A stretch of 64,000 bases of DNA, from assembly GCA_949358305.1 (NCBI GenBank), contig OX442314.1, positions 12,152,001 to 12,216,000 on the forward strand, read 5' to 3'. Of this stretch, positions 57,345-64,000 are shown piece by piece. Under the pieces are notes generated by a model. The model was not told the DNA's origin. It searched no databases and worked only from the letters and a program-made list of their open reading frames with translations. Source of the stretch: Strigamia acuminata (Eukaryota). Both the position numbers and the translations under genes were made by a program. Within the stretch, counting starts at the first letter, position 1, and every line of letters begins with the position of its first letter.

Positions 57345-59384
57345 GAGGTCACTTCATTTCGCCGCAATTTATTTTGTCGCCCTCGTACTTTTTTTTAATA
57401 AAGGCTATGTTGGAAAATTTTTTTTCATTTTGTCGCCCTTATTTCATCAACATATCATTTCGTTGCCATATCATTTTGTCGCCATATCATTTTTTCGCCA
57501 TATAATTTCGTCGCCATGTCATTGTTGTGGCATTTTTCCGCCATTGCCATAGAACACGACGAAGCGTAATGTCGTATAGACGTGCGTTGAAACGTAGTGA
57601 TGTTTCATTTCTTCAGATATATAAGCAGCCTCAAGTTAAAGTGTTTATTACTTATCCACAGCTAGCCGAAGCAATCGTTATCGAAATCGTTATGAGAAAG
57701 ACGAATCGAAACAAACCAAAACTCTGCTATGATGGGTATGCTTACATAATTGAAAAACGTCACCCTGGTCGTGATCGCATTTACTGGAAATGTGAAAAGT
57801 TGTACAAAAAGTGTAGTGGTCGAATGAAAACGAATAACAATGTGACAGAACCGAAAAGCTGGAAGAACTGACTCCTCATTGCCATTTGGAAGATGATACA
57901 TGCGCCGAAGTAATTTGAATCAGATATGCGGGGAAAACACGTGCCTTGCAAACTAACGAGAAACCTTCGGTTGTCATCCAATCTACAGTAGCTGGATCAG
58001 AGGCTGAAGCACGGTTAGCTCTCCCGAGTAACAGTGCGCTAACTCAAGCCTTGCAGCAATCGCGACGTACCTAATTACCTAAGGAACCGAAATTCTTGAA
58101 TAATTTGACTTGGGACATGATCAAACCGTTTTCTGAAACGTTGAATGGCCACTGCTTTATGCACATCCTTCGCATAGATTCCGGTTGCAGGATGATCATG
58201 TTTACGACAGAGGAGAATTTGCATTATCTTAGTAAGGCGAAAAGCATTCTCGGCGATGGGACATTTAAGTGTGTGCCCGAGCGGTTTATGCAGCTGTACA
58301 CCCTACATGCCGAAGTTGGGGCATTGGACCCATTCAAGCGAATATTATCGCTGGTATTCTGCTTGATGAAGAGAAAAACCAAAGAAGCTTACTTGCTGAT
58401 GTTATGAAAGGTTAGTAGTTTAATTGAGGAATTGTTTGGGACAGACCTGGATCCCAAATTCTTCATTAGTGACTTCGAAGTAGCAGTCCTCAATGCGGCT
58501 AAGAAAACATTTCTGAATACCACATTACATGCCTGTTACTTTCATTTAGCCCACAGTATAATCGAACATCTGCAAAATGAGGGGATTATGCGCAGATACC
58601 AAAAGGACTTACAGTTCAACCTCGCATGCAGACAGCTTTCGGCACTCTCATTTCTACCTGCTAACAAGATTAAGCAGACGTACCGGGAATTGAAGCCCCA
58701 GTTTGGTCCAGTAACAAGACGTTTGTTACAATGGTGGGAAGAAAATTACATTTTCGGTAAGGTCAAGCGAAATGGATTACGGTCTGCACCCCTTTTCCAA
58801 CCCACGTTGTAAAGTTCATATGTGGTTTTTAGACAGAATCAACCGCGTACAACTAATCCTGTTGAATCATGACATTTTAGATTTAATATGCTAATTGGAG
58901 TCAAACACATTGGTTTATTCCGAATGTTTGTTGTGCTTCAGCGAGAGCAGGCTGATACAGAGATCGCCATTGAAAAGGTCAGACGTGAAATCCACGGCTA
59001 AAGAGGAAGAAAGACCAGGAAATTATAGAGGCCAAACTACTGTCTCTGATGGCAGATAAGCTGGACATGACTCCATTAGACTTCATTCTTGGCATTGCTC
59101 ACATTTATAAATTTTCCTAAAGTTATAATCAAAAATTGCGTTTTTTAATCCTATCATTTCGTTTTTTAATCCCATCATGTTTCGGTTACTTAGCAGTATC
59201 ATTTTGCCGCCCTTCATTTCGTCGCCGTGTCATTTCATCGCCCTTCTGTTCGGTTTGGGTTGTTTTGGTTGTTCAACCGTATCATTTCGTCGCCCTTTTT
59301 CCGTTTTGGGTGTCATTTCGTCGCCAAAAACGGCGACAAAATGACACGGCGACGAAATGAAGGGCGACGAAATGAAGAAACCCC
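57345..59384 (+). mobile_element. Mutator-like (MULE) DNA transposon, decayed
   Basis: FLYWCH-like LCYDGYAY...YWKCEK...C, MULE domain GDGTFK.VP..F.QLYTLH, SDFE.A..NA, CYFHLAH, RTTN.VES; imperfect TIRs with catttcgtcgcc repeats; degenerate 8-bp TSD atttagaa/atgtagag (empty site atatagag in the copy D unit). Confidence 0.9.
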
Positions 59385-59469
59385 ATGTAGAGCATACAGT
59401 ATTTTAATTGATTTTTAATGGATAAAATACAGCCGTTTTTATTTATAACTCAATACTCTATTTTTTTCA

Positions 59470-61121
59470 TTAGTCGTATACCATAGCTCTCACCCCAATA
59501 CCGTTGCAAATTCCCTTTGCTGAGATATCGAAATCTCTTCGAAAGTTGACCATTTCCGGACACTTAATTTGAAGGCAATCGAAGTATTGCGTATCCTAGA
59601 GATTAAAAAAGTTATAGTGAAAGCACAAAATTGTTTAATTTTTAGTTACATCTCCATAGTGAGTAAACACATCCTTTGCACAGTCGGCAAGTTTCGTGCC
59701 AAGTGTATCTTTATTCTGTTAGTCAGATGTACAAAAAGGTTATCTGTGAGCAATAGTGAAATAGAAAAAAACCCAATACTCACACTATTGATGGAATAGG
59801 ATTGCAGCAGGCCTACAAATTTGTTGTGATCAATTAACTGGTTTTTATGGTGCTGCGTATAAAAAGCAAATCATTTGTCAGATCTAAATTGAATTATTAA
59901 AAGCTTGACTTGGACATACAATGTTCAGCGCTCTGTTATGACAAACTCCGTAAACGAAATAAGCAAAGTCACAATCCTGAAATATTTAAATGAACAACAA
60001 ATTTATAATTGGAAAGCAGTAAGAGGCGGCCGTCCATAAATTAAGTAATGCACTAAGGGGGAGGGTGTTTCAAATTTTTTTTACGTTCCAAGTAAAATTT
60101 TTTTTTTAATTTTTAACCCTCAGTTGGACAATCTGCAAAGACGACGCTTTGGTGCCCATAATGTACCAATTTGGGGACAAAATAATTAAATCCGGAAGGC
60201 CCGTAGCTGAAGCGCTGTTAGGGTAGTGTGACAAATTGCCACACTTAGCGCTATTGTTTGGTTAAAAATATTAATTTTATTAAGTGCTTGTTTTGTTGTG
60301 TATACATAGTAGTGAGAATGAATTTGGAACGAATTTGGAACGAATTTGGAACGAAATTGGAACGAAATTGGAACCGTAATCATAACATAATCACTTGTGT
60401 TGGACTACTAGCGCCATACGGCGTCTGATGGTAAAAATTAGAAGCACTAAGTAGAAGTGCTTTTATTAGATTGGGAGAAGCCAACTTAAATTTAAGCTGG
60501 AATTTCTAAGGGGCAGAATTTTCAAAGGTGAATAAAGAAAAAAAAAGTACAGAAAAAAAAAATTCTCCCATTCAAGAAGAGTGTTGTCCTCAAAATGGTA
60601 TAGGGTTGTCCTTCTGAGGGTTAATAATAAAAATATAAGTATTTTTTATGTTTTTTGGTAAATTTGGGGGGGGATTTTAGTTTTGTTACATAATTCGGGG
60701 TCATTAGGTTCGGGAATCTGTTACGACCATGTTACAGAGGGGGTTTAAAAATCCTAAATTTTGCGTTACATAATTTATGGGCGGTCTCTAACACAATAAG
60801 AAATATGTTCTAACCAAATATACTAGTAGGTACTTACAAATTTATCTTTGATCATAGCGTCAACGTCGGCTTTGCAGTCTGCATGCATCGTTTGACTCTT
60901 AAAATAAATTTTAGTTTTAACAATCAGTTAATTACAAAATGTGCTATTGTGTAAGTAAAAAAATACAACCTCCTTAATCAACTTCTGCGAATCGAAGCAT
61001 TCCTGAAATAAATAACATCGTATAGATTTTACAGTTTAAAAGTTTAAATACACATTCAGTTTACATAAGCTGCAGCAAATGAGGACGAAACTGCAATAAC
61101 TAAGAAAATGCTCAGCATCAT
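59470..61121 (-). CDS. Secreted 8-Cys family, copy F (recent duplicate of D)
   Basis: Exons 1-3 identical to D; exon 5 ends INS, exon 6 ends HYGD; exon 7 DTQYFDCLQIKCPEMVNFRRDFDISAKGICNGIGVRAMVYD*. Confidence 0.9.
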
Positions 61122-62359
61122 TTTGGAAGACTGAAATGAGAGAATTGTATAAATTAAACAAGTTGTAAGAATGATTTCTTACTATTTTTGGACAGGACTT
61201 GAAACGTACTGGTGATTAAAAATGTAATTAACAATTTAAATAGGATCTGTTCTTTATTCATATAGTGCAGAATATAAGATTTCATTTATTGGTTTTGGCA
61301 TGATGGTTTGCTCGAATTCCACAGGTTATTGTGTATAGTTAATGCTGAGATATAAACATTGGGTATCAATGATTAAATATTTAAATCCTGTATGAAAGTA
61401 ATGGCATAATTTGAAAATATCATTTTACAACACTTTGGTGAAATGGGACACTTTCAGAATTAAATTTTACATATTATCCCACAAAATCTATTTTTTTTTT
61501 CCTTCTTAAAAATTAGATTTATAATAAAATTGTTTAACTGCAAAGTTGTCGAGCACTATTTATTTAATCTGAAAATGTCTAAAGTTTCATCAGTTATGAG
61601 GAATTTTATTTGAGGTAATAATGGAAAAAAACGTTTTCTCAGTCAACCAAACAGATTATTGCACATGGGGCCATTGTTTTATGGTGAGACGTTTAGTGGT
61701 GAGTGAAGTATTTCTCATATACTCATATACTCGTATCAAAGTGACTCACATCCATACAGAATATCGGTCATGTTTTAGTTCTCTGTTTATTCACCGTTAC
61801 CCTGGTTACATGTATAATTTACATAACAATTCAACTGATTTGCATAACTCTAACATTATTATTACTCAATTGATATCTAAAACCACTTAATCTTTCAATT
61901 GTGCATTGAAACACAACAGTGGAAGAGTCCTGTTCTAATACAGATTTTATTTGAATAAAATACGTGAGCAGACGATGTAATCTGTAAGCTTCTTTGCGCG
62001 GTCTTAAATTTTGGATAATAGAAGAAATAGATCTTGTATTATTTAAATTTTGCGAATTAAATTTTTTGGATTAATTTCCAAAGAATTTTAATCGTGAATC
62101 GGGGAAATACACTTTGCGGCCCAACACCTCGCAGCAGACGGATTTGTGAAATGCGTATCGCAGTTATCGTGATTATGTTCACGTCCGACATGAACGTATT
62201 ATTTTAATGACGTGCTGTGATTGGTTGAGATCTATTAATGTCGGTTCGTTTCCTCAACGCACTTTTCTCAAAATGATGTTTCTGAGGTTTTATATGTTAC
62301 TTTTTTTCTTACAAAGGGGGACTACGTTTAATGTGTAATTTTTGTTACATCTCCATTAA

Positions 62360-62850
62360 TGGAGTCACACTGAGCGCGATGCGACGCGAATCGCATCGCC
62401 ACCACGTGACAAGCGATTGCATCGCCATCGCTAGGCGAATCGACCATCTATTTGGCTATTTGGCTATTTCGCCACATCTGGTGATGAGAAATGAAAAGTG
62501 CTGACGTCACGATGATATTTGGAACACACTATTGTGATCTAAAATGGAGGATGATGAGTAATTGGCTATCAGCATCGTATCTTAAAATTCAAAGCAAAAA
62601 AGATTATAGATGATGGTGGGTTCATCTAATACTGCAGGGCCGAAACAGAATTTGACAGAGGGGCGCCGCGAAATATTTCAATATTCCAATAACTGATGAG
62701 ATCGCACCAAGAAGACTCGATTGAACGCACCCAGACGTCATCCAAAAGTTACGAGACTTGCGTAGAAGCATACGACACATTACATGAATTTTTTTTGGGT
62801 TGACGCGAAAAAATTTTAAAACATTAAGTGCGCCGTGAACAGAAAAAGGT
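62360..62850 (+). mobile_element. Possible PIF/Harbinger transposon 5' remnant
   Basis: ggagtcacactgagcgcgatgcgacgcgaatcgcatcgcc terminus-like sequence followed by broken frames with R.WWVH.I...R...G; heavily decayed. Confidence 0.4.
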
Positions 62851-63939
62851 TGGGAATCATTGGATTTGGATATTCTACACTTTATTGCCAGTAATGCAAC
62901 AAGATGATGTCGATCTATACCAAAAGTAATATTAAAACTTTGTGTGGTAAACAATTTGGCAACATTTTCCCCTCCTTTTGTTCATAGTTTGTATCTTGTA
63001 GTCACTTTTCAAACACCTCTTGTTCTATTGCCATTCATTCCAACAATGTTTTCATTCCAGCACATGTGTTTATTTTTTTTTTTAAAAAAAAAAACAGAAA
63101 AAAATAAATCAAATCTGTGACTTTGCTCTCAGCCAATCAGGTGAGATTTGGTCTCACCGAATTATTGGCTACGAGCAAAATCGCAGACCAAAATAGTACT
63201 GGTTGCATGTACTATCAAAACTATCAAACTATCATCAGACATGTAATGAAAATGTCTTCATTCTCTCCTCCTTATCATGAAACAAATTAAAAAAGAGCCA
63301 GCAAGACAACACCCAATATCTGTATGACTCTGCATTTCTGCAATTAGTCAAAGTAAAAAATTCAACTAGAAATGAAAAGTGTTTTGTTCCTAAATTTAAC
63401 AAATTTAAATAATGATTTCTTTCTATTTTAGCACAGGACTCCATGTGGCGATTAAAAAGCAATGAAAAATAAATATATCGGTAAGGTATATGTTTTATAT
63501 TTATTTAATGAAGAATATAAGATTTCATTTTGGTTGTTAACACCAGTCGCAATTCTGGCGTGCATGTTTGGGATGGATGCATGCAGCATCCAGCATTCAA
63601 TAGGATGCTAATCCCCTTAATCATGTAGTGTATAAATGTAACCTTGTACAGGTCGAACCTCGCTGTTACGAACAGGTTGTGGGAGCAATGAATGATTCGT
63701 ACTAGCGAGAGTTCTTACAACGAGTATTTCGTTAGAATGAATTAGTTTGTTATAACAAGAAATTTCGGAAACATGAACCCTCTTTATTATTCCCATTGGG
63801 TGAGTATAATAGTTTGTTGTTCACCCGGAATACAACTTGATGAAGGATAAAATGTGACGAATAAATAATCACCGTTACATAAGCTTACATGATTGATATG
63901 GAACGTATTTTAATTGCTTTGTAATGGAATACAGTAACT

Positions 63940-64000
63940 TTACTTAAGAAATGTCTTCCATATATCATCACCGGTATCATAACAAATTCCCCTTGCTGAC
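63940..64000 (-). CDS. Secreted 8-Cys family, copy G, 3' end of last exon only (continues beyond the window)
   Basis: SARGICYDTGDDIWKTFLK* matches the S.(R/K)GIC ending of the other copies; the flank at 63770-63930 matches the downstream flank of B, D and F. Confidence 0.75.
   Translation of the reverse strand, partial: SARGICYDTGDDIWKTFLK

Larger units (their letters stand above)
56072..61422 (+). repeat. Segmental duplication of 39240-43302 (copy D unit), differing by unit-specific TE insertions
   Basis: Long near-identical collinear blocks, from ccgtaaccacatggtaaacac to atggcataatttgaaaatatca. Confidence 0.93.

Overview
This is AT-rich, intron-containing animal genomic DNA, probably from an arthropod-like invertebrate; the organism cannot be fixed from the sequence. 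The first half (1 to ~27,600) is a compact housekeeping block with tiny introns: CCSAP (3' end), Rab4, mRpL49, two orphan 2-TM ORFs, KMO, COX7A2L-like, ZFYVE19, TRAPPC6B, Pinin, ACTMAP/C19orf54 (with a U12-type intron), SLC25A21 and Akt. The second half (~27,600 to 64,000) is rich in transposons and hides a tandem/inverted array of a small secreted 8-cysteine protein family. Each gene has seven short coding exons separated only by phase-0 introns, so the ORF track misses the family. There are five intact-looking copies, one pseudogene, and a seventh copy cut by the window end. Cys spacing suggests an odorant-binding-protein-like fold, but this is inference. The array is interleaved with a decayed BEL/Pao LTR retrotransposon carrying nested LINE, hAT, Tc1-like and Tourist-like insertions, plus a MULE, a pogo remnant and many MITEs. 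All gene models were spliced by hand; no database searches were run.
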